DNA from: Ascoidea asiatica JCM 7603
Lineage: Eukaryota; Fungi; Ascomycota
Direction of reading: 5' to 3'
Length of the DNA: 64,000 bases
Assembly: GCA_001600695.1 (NCBI GenBank)
Contig: BCKQ01000011.1
Coordinates: 513,413 to 577,412, forward strand
Shown piece by piece: positions 23,852-34,664 of the stretch; the stretch's first letter is position 1, and each line of letters starts with the position of its first letter. Below the pieces are notes generated by a model. That model made no database searches, had not been told where the DNA came from, and saw nothing but the letters and a program-made list of their open reading frames with translations. The translations under genes were made by a program, and so were the position numbers.

Positions 23852-24946
23852 TTATTGACTACCAATTCTATGACATTCTTTCAAAAACCAATCGATATTC
23901 TCAGGTAACATAAATGGGTGAGTGCCATGCCCAAAATTAATAATATAGTTTGATTTACCTCCGCCAAAACCTTTAATCATTTTCTCCACTTTTTGAGTAA
24001 TCATTTCTTTTGAACCATACATTACTCCAGGGTCAATATTGCCTTGTAATGTTACTCTTTTTTGATTAACTTTAACAGCATCTTCAGGTAAATAAGTCCA
24101 ATCCAAAGAAACGCAATTAAAACCAATTGAACATAAATCGTCTAAAGCATACCAAGCACCTTTTGCAAAAATTGTTATAGGAATTTCATTTTCTTTGAAG
24201 CCTAATTGTTGTAATTTTATTGGTAAATCTTTAGCAATTTGCTTTAAATAAGGTAAAGAAAATTCATTGAATTCATTTGGGCCTAATTCTCCAGCCCAAG
24301 ATTCAAAAACTTGTAACATTTGTGCACCAGCTTTAACTTGTAAAGCCAAAAAATTAATCAAAATTTTAGTGATATTAGTTAAAAGAATATGGGACTCTTT
24401 TGGATATTTATAGATCCATTCTTTTGCGAATCTAAAAATTTTTGAACCTCCCCCTTCAACCATGTAAACTAATAAAGTCCATGGACCACCAGTAAAGCCC
24501 AATAATGGAACCCTCCCATTTAATTTATGTCTTGTTAAAGTTATTGATTTGAATGCCCACCCTAATGATTCATTTAAATCTGGATCCATATTCAATTTAG
24601 ATAAATCATGAGGAACTCTCAATGGATCTGTAAAATTTGGACCTTTTCCAGGTAGCATTTCAACATTCATACCCATAGCTTGTGGTACGACTAAAATATC
24701 ACTGAATATAATGGCAGCATCAATCAACCCCTTAAAATGATCTATTGGCTGAATTGTTATAGTTGAAGCTATTTCTGGGTCTCTACAAGTTTCAAAAAAG
24801 TCTTTACCATCTTTAACAACGTGATATTCTGGTAAATATCTTCCAGCTTGTCTCATTATCCACATTGGAGGTCTTTCTACCTTTTCACCTCTTGCAGCCC
24901 TGAGAATCAAATCATTCTTTAAAGGTGGAAATTCTTTTGTGCTCAT
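23852..24946 (-). CDS. HEM12: Uroporphyrinogen decarboxylase
   Basis: [51 protein letters not shown]. Confidence 0.97.
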   Translation of the reverse strand: MSTKEFPPLKNDLILRAARGEKVERPPMWIMRQAGRYLPEYHVVKDGKDFFETCRDPEIASTITIQPIDHFKGLIDAAIIFSDILVVPQAMGMNVEMLPGKGPNFTDPLRVPHDLSKLNMDPDLNESLGWAFKSITLTRHKLNGRVPLLGFTGGPWTLLVYMVEGGGSKIFRFAKEWIYKYPKESHILLTNITKILINFLALQVKAGAQMLQVFESWAGELGPNEFNEFSLPYLKQIAKDLPIKLQQLGFKENEIPITIFAKGAWYALDDLCSIGFNCVSLDWTYLPEDAVKVNQKRVTLQGNIDPGVMYGSKEMITQKVEKMIKGFGGGKSNYIINFGHGTHPFMLPENIDWFLKECHRIGSQ

Positions 24947-25352
24947 TATTAGTTATATTTGTATAATTGTTGTTGGTACTAGTTTTCTTTGTAAATATAT
25001 GACTACTGGGTAAATGTTCAGTAATTATCGATAAATTGTAGAGTAATTATAGAGTAATTTATGCTCTTCGTTTACTTCAATCCTTTGATTTCTCTTCATC
25101 TTTTTCACCTTCTTTTACTTCCGATTACTGCTCCAGCCAATGAGAACGCGGAATTCGGGTTTTCTGCCTAAAGATGTGTCTTTTAAGCATATTTTATTTG
25201 TTTTCTTTATTGATAAATTATTGAACATTTTTGATTTAAAATTATTGATTATTGTATATTAATTATATAATATTGTTTGAATAAAAGCACGTAAAAATAA
25301 GTGAAATAAAAACAGAAGAAATCTTTATAATAATAACTAACGAATTAATGTA

Positions 25353-26813
25353 TCATGTCATAAACTTTTCATAAACTGGTAATGAATTGATTTTAAATAT
25401 TTCAGCATCTTTCATGACAAAACTTATATTTCTCAAAGCCTTGAAGTTTATTCTAGGATCTTCATCAATTGCAATTATATCAGCAGCAAAACCTTCTTGA
25501 ATTGATCCGAACTTTCTACCGATTAATTCTCCTCCACAAGACTCCCAACCTCTATAAGTTCCAGATAATAAAACCTCTTCAACAGGAATTCCAGCTTCAA
25601 TCATCAATTCCATTTCTCTCACATTTTCACCATGAGGAAAGGTTCCAGTGTCACCACCACATGCTAATCTTATACCCATATCATATGCTTTTTTAGTTTT
25701 TTCTAAAATTATATTCATTTTTGGACCAAAAAATAATTCACATACAGCCAAAGTTGGTACTAATATACAATTAATTTTTTTAATTGCCTTTAAACAAATT
25801 TCATCAGCCCAATATGCATGTTCGATAGTTAAAACACCAGCATTTGCAGCCATTATTGCACTTTCATTACAACCACAATGAGCGGCAACAATTGTTTTAT
25901 TTCTATTTGCTTCATCTACTAGAGCATTCATTTCTTCTTGAGAATATAAAATAATTTCAGGATTTGGAATTGGAGGAGGAAATTTAATTGAACCAATATA
26001 TGGATGTTGTTGCTTTGGAGGATATCTCATAATTTTTTTTCTATAATCAGCATACATTTTAATAATATCAGCACCAGCACCAACTCTTTTTCTTACAGCT
26101 TTTCTTACCCCTTCAATACCATCACAAGGTTCATAAGTTTCAGGCATTATTGAGCCTCCAACTGAATTTTCTGTTCTTAAATCAAAAGCAGAAGTTGAGG
26201 CTAAAATCTTTGTTGCTACATATAATCTTGGACCTGGAATTAAACCTCTATTAATTGCATCTCTTACATTGGTATCAGCATCTTGCATACCTTCAGTTCC
26301 TAAATCTCTATAAGTTGTATAACCAGAAAGTAAAGCTGTCCTACAATGATTAACGGCTCTTATTATTCTTTCTGCAAAAGATTCATCTCTTTTTTGTTCA
26401 ACACTTGATCTTTCTTTATAAGCATGCAAAAAAATATGAGCATGAGCATCAACTAAACCAGGTAATACGAATTTACCTCTTAAATCGATATCATTTTTTT
26501 TCAAAATCAATTTATCTTTGTCATTTGAATCTGGACCTAGACCCGAGTTTGGTTCTCTTTTGAAAACTTGTAATATTAAACCAGACAGAGGATCGACAAG
26601 AATAGATATATTTTTCTTGAATGTCTTTGAAATTGGATCAAATAAATTTGAAGTATGAACAAAATATGGTGGTTCTGGTGGAACTACTGGTTTTCCAGCG
26701 TAAGTTAAAGAGATATCAGCTTGAACACCAGAAGGAGTATTTCCAGGAATAGAACTATCTTTGTTTTCTTCTTTATCTTCTAAATTCAATCCATGAAGAT
26801 AATCACAACCCAT
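25353..26813 (-). CDS. Metal-dependent amidohydrolase (Xaa-Pro dipeptidase/ochratoxinase-like group)
   Basis: PGLVDAHAH, GYTTYRDLG, GADIIK, AAHC, TIEHA, GGDTG: complete binuclear-site pattern. Confidence 0.9.
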   Translation of the reverse strand: MGCDYLHGLNLEDKEENKDSSIPGNTPSGVQADISLTYAGKPVVPPEPPYFVHTSNLFDPISKTFKKNISILVDPLSGLILQVFKREPNSGLGPDSNDKDKLILKKNDIDLRGKFVLPGLVDAHAHIFLHAYKERSSVEQKRDESFAERIIRAVNHCRTALLSGYTTYRDLGTEGMQDADTNVRDAINRGLIPGPRLYVATKILASTSAFDLRTENSVGGSIMPETYEPCDGIEGVRKAVRKRVGAGADIIKMYADYRKKIMRYPPKQQHPYIGSIKFPPPIPNPEIILYSQEEMNALVDEANRNKTIVAAHCGCNESAIMAANAGVLTIEHAYWADEICLKAIKKINCILVPTLAVCELFFGPKMNIILEKTKKAYDMGIRLACGGDTGTFPHGENVREMELMIEAGIPVEEVLLSGTYRGWESCGGELIGRKFGSIQEGFAADIIAIDEDPRINFKALRNISFVMKDAEIFKINSLPVYEKFMT

Positions 26814-27368
26814 TTCGAAAAAAGAAAGGAATAATTAAAAATTAATTGAGTAATCGACTAAAAATATAGAGTCAAAGAGTTGTCTCAGAAATACTTTACC
26901 ATTAATCGCAATAGTTTTGAATAGAACTATCAGTGATTAAAAGGAAGAGAAAATGAAAATAAAACCTCTTTCGTTTTTTCCTTCTAGCACATATTCTTCT
27001 TTATTTTATTTATTTATTCGATTCTTTTCTCTTTCTTATGATCTTCTTCGTTCTTCTTTGAGGATTATTACGTACTATTTCTGATCTGGTTTTATTTTCT
27101 TTCTGGGTTCTTTCTTCTTTTATTGAGGCCTACAGCAGAAATGCGATAACTTTCTGTTCTGTGTCGGGTCCGATGACCAATCAGTGCTTCCGACGGGCTT
27201 ATTGCCTTCCGAGCATAGAAAGAAAGTGAAAACCTCCAGCTGTAAAGGAATAAATAAAGCATTAAATAAAATAAATCAAATAAAGGATTAATCAAATTAA
27301 ATAAAAGATATGGTAATAGATACGATTTGAATTATACGGTCTATATAATTGTATAAAGATTATGATGA

Positions 27369-28472
27369 TCATAATTTGGACTTGTTAAGGGCGACATTGG
27401 GAGTGAGAACTCTTTCGAACTCAATTTTATCCACCAATTTAGCTATTTGTTCTGCAGCTCCATATGAGAATGTGTATCCAACACCACTAAATCCATAACA
27501 ATGTAAAATGTTTTTATCATTTGCAATATTATCTTCTCTTTCCAATCTTATTCCACCTTTTCTACTTGGTCTGATTCCAACAACATATCCAAGGATATCT
27601 GGATTTTTAGAAACAACATCCGGAGCTAATTTATTGGCTCTTCTTAATTCATCTTTAATTATATCTAAATCTGGTTTTGGATCTGTATTCCAAGGTTGAT
27701 GAATTCCTCCACAAATAACATATCCTTGTAAAGGTCTAGGAATGATATATGTATATTCTTTACCATATCTATAATATAATACGTCTGTTTTAGTTTTAAC
27801 TTTAACTGTCATTCCTCTATCTGGATAACAATTTTTATCCATTATACCATCAATATTCATCGATCCAACTCCAGAAGCATTGATAAAAATTTTTGAATTT
27901 GAAAACATTGAATATAATTCTTTTAAGGATTTGATTTCTTTTCTAATAAATTCACCACCTAGTTTTAAAATTTGATTTTTCATATATAGTAAATAATATG
28001 TTGGATCAATAACTAAATCTTCATATTCACAAACATATTCAATTTCATCTCCATGTTCTTTACCTTTAATTAAATTTTTAAAATTTTTATTAACATTTGT
28101 AAACCAAAATTCTCTTTTTTCTCTTGAAAAATTTGGTGGAGTTTTTTCATAATGTTCTCTTAATGTAACTTTACAAACTCCTGAAGTTTGAGGATTTTCT
28201 TCAAAATCTTTTAAATATCTTCTATATGTAACGGATTCCATATATTTCTCATAATCACTTCTACCTCTAGCTCCATACCACATTGCACCTGCAAAATTCG
28301 ATGCATACCAAATATCTACATCTCCTGGTAAATGTTTAGCAATAATTTTTACTTTAAAACCTTTCTCTAATAAGACTCTTGCAATTGTTAATCCAATAAT
28401 TCCAGCTCCAAGAACAATAATTTCCTGCTCATAGAATGTTTTTTCATTCAAAGGTTCGATATATCCTCCCAT
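27369..28472 (-). CDS. D-amino acid oxidase family flavoprotein, peroxisomal
   Basis: VLGAGIIG FAD motif, ASNFAGA, YTYIIPR, VGIRPSR, HCYGFSGVGY, C-terminal SKL (PTS1). Confidence 0.92.
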   Translation of the reverse strand: MGGYIEPLNEKTFYEQEIIVLGAGIIGLTIARVLLEKGFKVKIIAKHLPGDVDIWYASNFAGAMWYGARGRSDYEKYMESVTYRRYLKDFEENPQTSGVCKVTLREHYEKTPPNFSREKREFWFTNVNKNFKNLIKGKEHGDEIEYVCEYEDLVIDPTYYLLYMKNQILKLGGEFIRKEIKSLKELYSMFSNSKIFINASGVGSMNIDGIMDKNCYPDRGMTVKVKTKTDVLYYRYGKEYTYIIPRPLQGYVICGGIHQPWNTDPKPDLDIIKDELRRANKLAPDVVSKNPDILGYVVGIRPSRKGGIRLEREDNIANDKNILHCYGFSGVGYTFSYGAAEQIAKLVDKIEFERVLTPNVALNKSKL

Positions 28473-28824
28473 TTTTAGTTAATTTATTGCTTTGGTGTTT
28501 TTTTAGTGTACTGTTATATAAATAAACAATTTTTATTGTGTATGTTTTTCGGATGAATATTTTTTACTTAAAATTGACTAAAATTCTTATTTATTTATAA
28601 GAACCCATATGAAATTCATAAATTCGTTTCATAAATCGTATGTTTTTACCTATTTTTTTTTTTCCCGAAGTATTCGATCAAAACTTTATAAATTTTCTAT
28701 TTTATTTATTTATTGGTTAATTTTTTAACCATTGAATTATCTAATTATCTAAAAATTAACCTATTTATGATTATAATTATAATTATACTCTCCATGATTT
28801 AAGTATTTTACTGCTTTTAGCTCA

Positions 28825-28874
28825 GGGGTGGTTATTACCGCAGTCTCGGTTCGAACTGCGGGCTTCTCCACCCC
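28825..28874. promoter_or_regulatory. Nested inverted repeat in the DAO/aminopeptidase divergent promoter
   Basis: GGGGTGG(28825)/CCACCCC(28868) enclosing CCGCAGT(28838)/ACTGCGG(28855). Confidence 0.5.
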
Positions 28875-29022
28875 CGTTAATTTTGGGAGCATAGGTCAAA
28901 ACCTCGAAACAGTGAAAATGCTTGGAAAATGAGCAAAACTGTGCAAATTTACGTTTTCACTAACGATAACTTAAATCTCATAGTGTTTTTGAACCCTTAT
29001 CAAATCCAGAGAGAGTCAAAAG

Positions 29023-29045
29023 GATAAAGATAAAGATAAAGATAG
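29023..29045 (+). promoter_or_regulatory. Tandem GATA sites (GATAAA x3 + GATAG), candidate nitrogen-catabolite-repression element
   Basis: gataaagataaagataaagatag about 180 bp upstream of the aminopeptidase ATG. Confidence 0.45.
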
Positions 29046-29220
29046 ACATCAATATAATCATAAACATAAAAATAATTTTGAACATGATTAAAAGAATTCG
29101 AATGAGAAGAATGAATAAAATGAAACGAATTGCTTTCTTTAAATCTCCTATTTATTTATTTACATATTTTATTGATTTTATGGTGTGATTCATATAATTA
29201 ATTATTTCTCAATTTAAAAA

Positions 29221-30822
29221 ATGTTTTATTCATCAAAAATACTTTTGGTTATTTTACTTTTCATTCAAATCGGAATATTCAAATTAGTTCTATCAGATCA
29301 AATTCCATTAAAATTAGATGAAGAAAGTAAACCATCACTTGAATCCAATTTATTTCAAAATTCTATTGATATTGACTCGCTAATAGATCATGCTGAAGTT
29401 TTATATCAATGTTCTAAAGAATCAATTGAAGAATATGGTCATATGAATAGATTAGTTGGTTCAAAGGGGTTTGACTGTACTTTAAACTATTTAATAGAGA
29501 AATTTCAAAATGTGAATCAAATTTATCCTAATTTTTATAATATTTCAACTCAAGATTTTGAAACTGTTTCTGGAAATATATTTGATTATAAATTAACTTT
29601 ATTTGATGATATTGATAATAATGGTAAAGAAATTCAAAATGTTATTCCTTTTTTTCAAACTCCTCCAACCCCAAATAATGGATCTTCAATTAAGAGAAAA
29701 TTAATTTATGTTGAAAACAATGGTTGTTCAATGAATGATTATCCAAAAGAATCAAAAGATAATATAGTTATTTTTCAACATGGTTTAGGTTGTTTTTTCG
29801 GTGATAAAGCAAATAATGCTGGTAAAGCTGGTGCTTTAGCTGCAATAATTTATAATAAAGATAAGGGTGAAATGCATAGACCTTTAGGTCCTCCAAGAGA
29901 ATTTACAGTTCCAACTTTCTCAATTTTAAAAGAAACTGGTGAAAATATTGTTAGTAAAATTATCAAAGGACAAGATTTATACATTGAAGCAAAATTAAAT
30001 TCTACAATATTCAATGTTAAAACAACTAATTTAATTATAAACTCAAATTTTGGTGATCAAGACAATTGTTTGCTTCTTGGTGCTCATACAGATTCTGTTA
30101 TTGATGGTCCTGGTATTAATGATGATGGTAGTGGATTGATTTCTTTATTACAATTAGCTTTGAATTTGCCAAAGTTCAAATTCAATAATTGTGTAAGGTT
30201 TATGTTTTGGTCTGCAGAAGAAGAAGGTATGATTGGTTCTCAATATTACATCAATAATTTGAATTATAATGAATTAAGAAAAATTAGATTATACTTGAAT
30301 TTTGACATGATTGCATCTCCGAATTATATTTTCCAAATTTTTGATGGTGAACCAATAATAACTGAAATTTTCAAGAAGTTTTATGATTCATTAAATTTAA
30401 ATTATCAAATCATACCATTTGACATGAGATCTGATTATGTTGGTTTTCTTAAGAAAAATATACCATGTGGGGGGATTGCTACTGGTAGTGAAGCTTTAAA
30501 AAATAAAGAAGAGTTTGATAAATTTAATGGTTCAATTGGTGAATGTTTTGATAGTTGTTATCATCAAATTTGTGATGATGTCTCAAATTTGAACAAAATT
30601 GCTTGGCTAACAAATACAAAACTTATTGCTCATTCAATTTCAACTTTTGCAAATGAATTTGATATAAATTTACCAATTTATGAAGACTGGCTTGACAAAC
30701 TTTATAATTATACATTAATAATTTTCCCAATTTTTTCAATATTTATGCTTTGGTCAATAAATAAATTGATAAATACCTCAGCTGAAAACGATGAAAATGT
30801 AGGTGGAAAAAAAGATAAATAA
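29221..30822 (+). CDS. Aminopeptidase Y-like M28 peptidase with PA domain, signal peptide and C-terminal TM helix
   Basis: GAHTDSV, GINDDGSG, AEEEG, NFDMI, CYHQ zinc-ligand motifs; GALAAIIYN PA domain; hydrophobic N- and C-termini. Confidence 0.9.
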   Translation: MFYSSKILLVILLFIQIGIFKLVLSDQIPLKLDEESKPSLESNLFQNSIDIDSLIDHAEVLYQCSKESIEEYGHMNRLVGSKGFDCTLNYLIEKFQNVNQIYPNFYNISTQDFETVSGNIFDYKLTLFDDIDNNGKEIQNVIPFFQTPPTPNNGSSIKRKLIYVENNGCSMNDYPKESKDNIVIFQHGLGCFFGDKANNAGKAGALAAIIYNKDKGEMHRPLGPPREFTVPTFSILKETGENIVSKIIKGQDLYIEAKLNSTIFNVKTTNLIINSNFGDQDNCLLLGAHTDSVIDGPGINDDGSGLISLLQLALNLPKFKFNNCVRFMFWSAEEEGMIGSQYYINNLNYNELRKIRLYLNFDMIASPNYIFQIFDGEPIITEIFKKFYDSLNLNYQIIPFDMRSDYVGFLKKNIPCGGIATGSEALKNKEEFDKFNGSIGECFDSCYHQICDDVSNLNKIAWLTNTKLIAHSISTFANEFDINLPIYEDWLDKLYNYTLIIFPIFSIFMLWSINKLINTSAENDENVGGKKDK

Positions 30823-30952
30823 ATAAAAAATAAATACTTTTTCAAATATAGAAAATTGATTACTTAATTAAGAATATAAAGATTTCATTTTATTTTATTT
30901 TATATTATATTATATATTTATATATTATATAAAAAGTAATATTGATAATAGT

Positions 30953-32557
30953 TTATGGCTTATACGATTCTCTTTCTATTGCAACATTTTTAATTAAAAA
31001 TTCCTCATTTCTTGGAATGAAAAAACAATTAAATTCATTAGGAGGTCTATTATGATTACCATGAGAATAACCAAATTCAATAGGATCTAAATTCATTGGA
31101 TTTGATTCATCTTTTTCAATTTTAAAGTTGATTAAAATTCTAATAAGCATAACATATAAAATATGATTGGAAATTAAAAAAGCAGGGCAAATTCTTGCAC
31201 CAATACCGTAAGAAGCATGAGGAGCACCATTAACAGTTTTTAAATTGGGATCTAACCATCTCTCTGGACGGAAATTTGAACCATCAATCCAATATTCATC
31301 ATCATGATTAAAAGCTTCAGAATTTAAATAAAAAGTAGTACCTTTTGGTATGGTTGCATTATCAATAATTATATCTCTTAAGGAACAATGAGGATTTGCA
31401 TAAGGAGCAACAGTAAAATATCTTAAACTTTCTTTATATAAAGCAACAATATATGGAATATTTTCTTGTGGATCAAAACAATCATTCCAAGCTTTGTTTA
31501 AATCATTATTATAATATTTTAAGATTTCATTATAAGCGGTCTGTTGAATTTTTTGACCCTTTTCAGAAGCTAAATAACCTAAAGCAGCAGATAAAGTTGA
31601 ACTTATAGTTTCTGAACCTCCTTGTAACATACCCCTACAAACAGCATCTAATTCTTCTTGATTTAGTTTTGTTTCTTTATTAGACATTAAAGTCGAAGCA
31701 ATACAATTTTTTTCAATACCATTATCTAGATCATTTTTTAGATTTAAAAATAATTTATTTTGTAGATCTTTTCTTTTTTGATTAGAAATTTGAGCTTTAT
31801 GAATATTTGATTTTACAATTGGGGAAAGTTTTAAAATCGGTATAAAATTAGCCCAATTTGAAGTTGCGTTTCTTAATTTTGAGACATTTTCAGTTTGAGT
31901 TATAAATTCTTTATAAAAAGGATCACTTGTTGATTTAAATCTAGTACCATATGTAATATTAAAGGAAAAGTTCATTGTAACTTGTTGTATAAAAGAAATT
32001 GGAAATAAAGATTTTTTACCAATCTCACCATTTTCATAAAAATTAGAAATTAAATTTGCAGTTTCATAATGTAAATAATAATCATGATTTTTCCAAGTTG
32101 GTTTACCAACAGATTTTATTGAAGCAATTCTCATTCTTCTCAAAGAATCACTCATTGGTCTATTACCAACATCAATACCAAAACTTTCATTAAATACAGG
32201 ATGAACAGGTCTTGAAGATAAAGCAGCAGTATTGATACCATTTGATAATTTTGCAATTGATTTAACAGAATTTGCAACTACAACTCTTTGATTTCCTAAA
32301 CGTATTTGAAAAATTGGATAATTATATTTTTTTGACCATTCAGTAAAAATTGTTGCATCATGTTTATTAAATTTTCCTCCTAGATAAGGTAAATGACCAA
32401 CAATTAATTTTGAACCTGGAATTTGTGGTAAATTTTTAATTTTACTTTGACAAGAGTTTAGTTGAATAAAACCTAAAATAAATATTGTTAATACTAATAT
32501 AGCAATTGTAGTTGGATTTAAATTTGACAAGAATTGGTTAAGTATTGGTTCGATCAT
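30953..32557 (-). CDS. Cytochrome P450, divergent CYP504-like
   Basis: PIFQIRLGNQRVVVANS (PhacA-like), QGGSET, KESLR, PERW, YGIGARICPA. Confidence 0.88.
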   Translation of the reverse strand: MIEPILNQFLSNLNPTTIAILVLTIFILGFIQLNSCQSKIKNLPQIPGSKLIVGHLPYLGGKFNKHDATIFTEWSKKYNYPIFQIRLGNQRVVVANSVKSIAKLSNGINTAALSSRPVHPVFNESFGIDVGNRPMSDSLRRMRIASIKSVGKPTWKNHDYYLHYETANLISNFYENGEIGKKSLFPISFIQQVTMNFSFNITYGTRFKSTSDPFYKEFITQTENVSKLRNATSNWANFIPILKLSPIVKSNIHKAQISNQKRKDLQNKLFLNLKNDLDNGIEKNCIASTLMSNKETKLNQEELDAVCRGMLQGGSETISSTLSAALGYLASEKGQKIQQTAYNEILKYYNNDLNKAWNDCFDPQENIPYIVALYKESLRYFTVAPYANPHCSLRDIIIDNATIPKGTTFYLNSEAFNHDDEYWIDGSNFRPERWLDPNLKTVNGAPHASYGIGARICPAFLISNHILYVMLIRILINFKIEKDESNPMNLDPIEFGYSHGNHNRPPNEFNCFFIPRNEEFLIKNVAIERESYKP

Positions 32558-33337
32558 TTTGAAAGAAAAATAAAAATGAATCTAGAGTATTTGTTATATT
32601 CACTATATTTTTTTACCTATTTTTCTATCTATTTTTCTATAGATTCGTTTTACTCCTGATTATTAGAGAAAAATATTATCTAGAACCTCAAGTATTAAAA
32701 TACAGTAAATGGTGGAAAACTTTATATTTATATATCATATGAAGGATAATTATCTTGTAAAGTAATATATTATCGGGTCTTTTTAATAAATAATTTTAAT
32801 CTTTTTTTCAGAATCTAGTCATTTTAGAATATGACCTCAGATTAACTGAAATATAGTTTTTGAGAATAATTGAACTTTTAAAAGTGATTTATTCGTAATT
32901 TCAAGTCGATAATTGGCGATGAGCAAATGAAGTAGCTAAAAAAGAATATATCAGCTACCAAGCTACAAAATACACCTTTTCTCGTTTGGAGCTTCGAGCA
33001 GCGAAAGTCTTGGGAAGTGAAGCACGCAAAACTCCATCTAATACAGCGCGGAGCAAGGAATCCAGCGCCGGCAACGACCGTTGAACCTTAATTGGCAGAA
33101 GATTAAATTTAATCAACGCGACATGAGATTAGCTTTAATTAATGGAAGTTAAATTGGATTAATTGATTAAGAATTAATTGAAATAAATTAATTGAAAAAA
33201 AATATTCAATTAAACTTTATTAGAGAAACCATTTAAGAAGAGATTCAATTCCGGATTCTTATTCAGAGTACAAAAAGATTGCTGAGAGGTTTACAAACTA
33301 TTATAAGAACTAATAAGAACTACTATAATATTAAAGA

Positions 33338-34111
33338 ATGACAAACAGAATATTTATCACCGGTGGTGGTTTAGGAATTGGCTATAAGACAATAGAATTT
33401 TTAATAAATGATTACGAAGACACAAAGATAGTTACTTTGACTTTGGATGTTGGCAAAGATTTGACTCAATTGAAAGAATTACATCCAGATAGAATATTTA
33501 TTGTTAAAGGAGATGTCACTGTTGAGGAAGATATGAAAAAAGCAATTAAAGAATGTGAGTTAAAATTAGGTGGTATAGATACTTTAATTGTAAGTGCAGG
33601 AATCGAAGGTGATTTTAATAGAATATTTGATATGTCTTATGAACATTTTAAAAAAGTAATGGATATAAATGTATCTGGTGTATTTTTAACAATCAAATCT
33701 TCTTTACCATATTTAAGAAAAAGTAAAGTTGGTAAAGCAATAGTTGTTTCTTCAACAGCAGGTAGAGCTTGTTATGCTGGTAGAGTGGCTTATACTTCTT
33801 CAAAAGCTGCTCTTAATAGAGTTATTGATACTTTAGCTTGGGAAGAAAAAAATTTAAAAATATTTGGTGTATTTCCTGGTTTAACTAAAACTCCAATGTC
33901 AGATAAATTAATAAATGGTGATTATGATCATATAATGTATCCAGAAGAAACTCAAAGATATCATAATTGGATTAAAAACGGTCAAGTTGATCCTCCAAAT
34001 TGGTGTGCAGATGCAATAGCTAGAATTTCAACAGGTAAATCTCCTGGTTTGCCTGGTAAAAGTTGTAGTTATTCAGAACATGTTCCTGAGTTAAAATTAG
34101 GCTATTGGTAA
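33338..34111 (+). CDS. Short-chain dehydrogenase/reductase
   Basis: ITGGGLGIG, GDVT, VSS, YTSSK catalytic motif, FPG. Confidence 0.92.
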   Translation: MTNRIFITGGGLGIGYKTIEFLINDYEDTKIVTLTLDVGKDLTQLKELHPDRIFIVKGDVTVEEDMKKAIKECELKLGGIDTLIVSAGIEGDFNRIFDMSYEHFKKVMDINVSGVFLTIKSSLPYLRKSKVGKAIVVSSTAGRACYAGRVAYTSSKAALNRVIDTLAWEEKNLKIFGVFPGLTKTPMSDKLINGDYDHIMYPEETQRYHNWIKNGQVDPPNWCADAIARISTGKSPGLPGKSCSYSEHVPELKLGYW

Positions 34112-34221
34112 TTGAATATAATCTTTTTTATTTTTCATAGTAAATTTATTTGTAAATAGCAATGTTTTTAGTCAATGATAAAGATGAGCAATGTAAAAAT
34201 AAACATAAATAAAAAAACAAT

Positions 34222-34295
34222 TGATTTTGCCCAGGATGGAACTGGGGACGTTCTGCGTGTTAAGCAGATGCCATAACCAACTAGACCACAAAACC
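34222..34295 (-). tRNA. tRNA-Val(AAC) with non-canonical T-loop
   Basis: Reverse complement GGTTTTGTGGTCTAGTTGGTTATGGCA TCTGC TT AAC AC GCAGA ACGT CCCCAGTTCCATCCTGGGCAAAATCA; T-loop reads TTCCATC instead of TTCGATC. Confidence 0.9.
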
Positions 34296-34664
34296 AACAT
34301 TAATTTTTAAATATCATTATTTCCACTAATACCTACAATATATAAAAGGTAAAAATGTTTTGCGGACTTTTCCATTTCCTTATCTCAAAATAATCGGAGA
34401 AATAATAATATGTAATAAGATTTTGGAGTTTTAGTTGCTGGAATATTTTTGAGGAAATTTCTAAGATTGATTAAAAATTTATTTCAAGTTTGTTGATTAC
34501 TATTATTTGTTGATTAATGGTTTAACTTATTTAATACTACTAAAGACCTTGTTTTCTTCTTTTTTCTGTTTTAGTTTTTTGGTTGTTTCATTTTAAATTA
34601 TTATTATTATTATTATTATTATCATCTTCATAGTCTCATTATTATTATTGATAATTCAAAAGAA

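Noticed and set aside
28825-28874. tRNA-like element (7-bp stem plus GGTTCGAAC)
   Set aside because: Too short, no D or anticodon arm, T-arm geometry wrong
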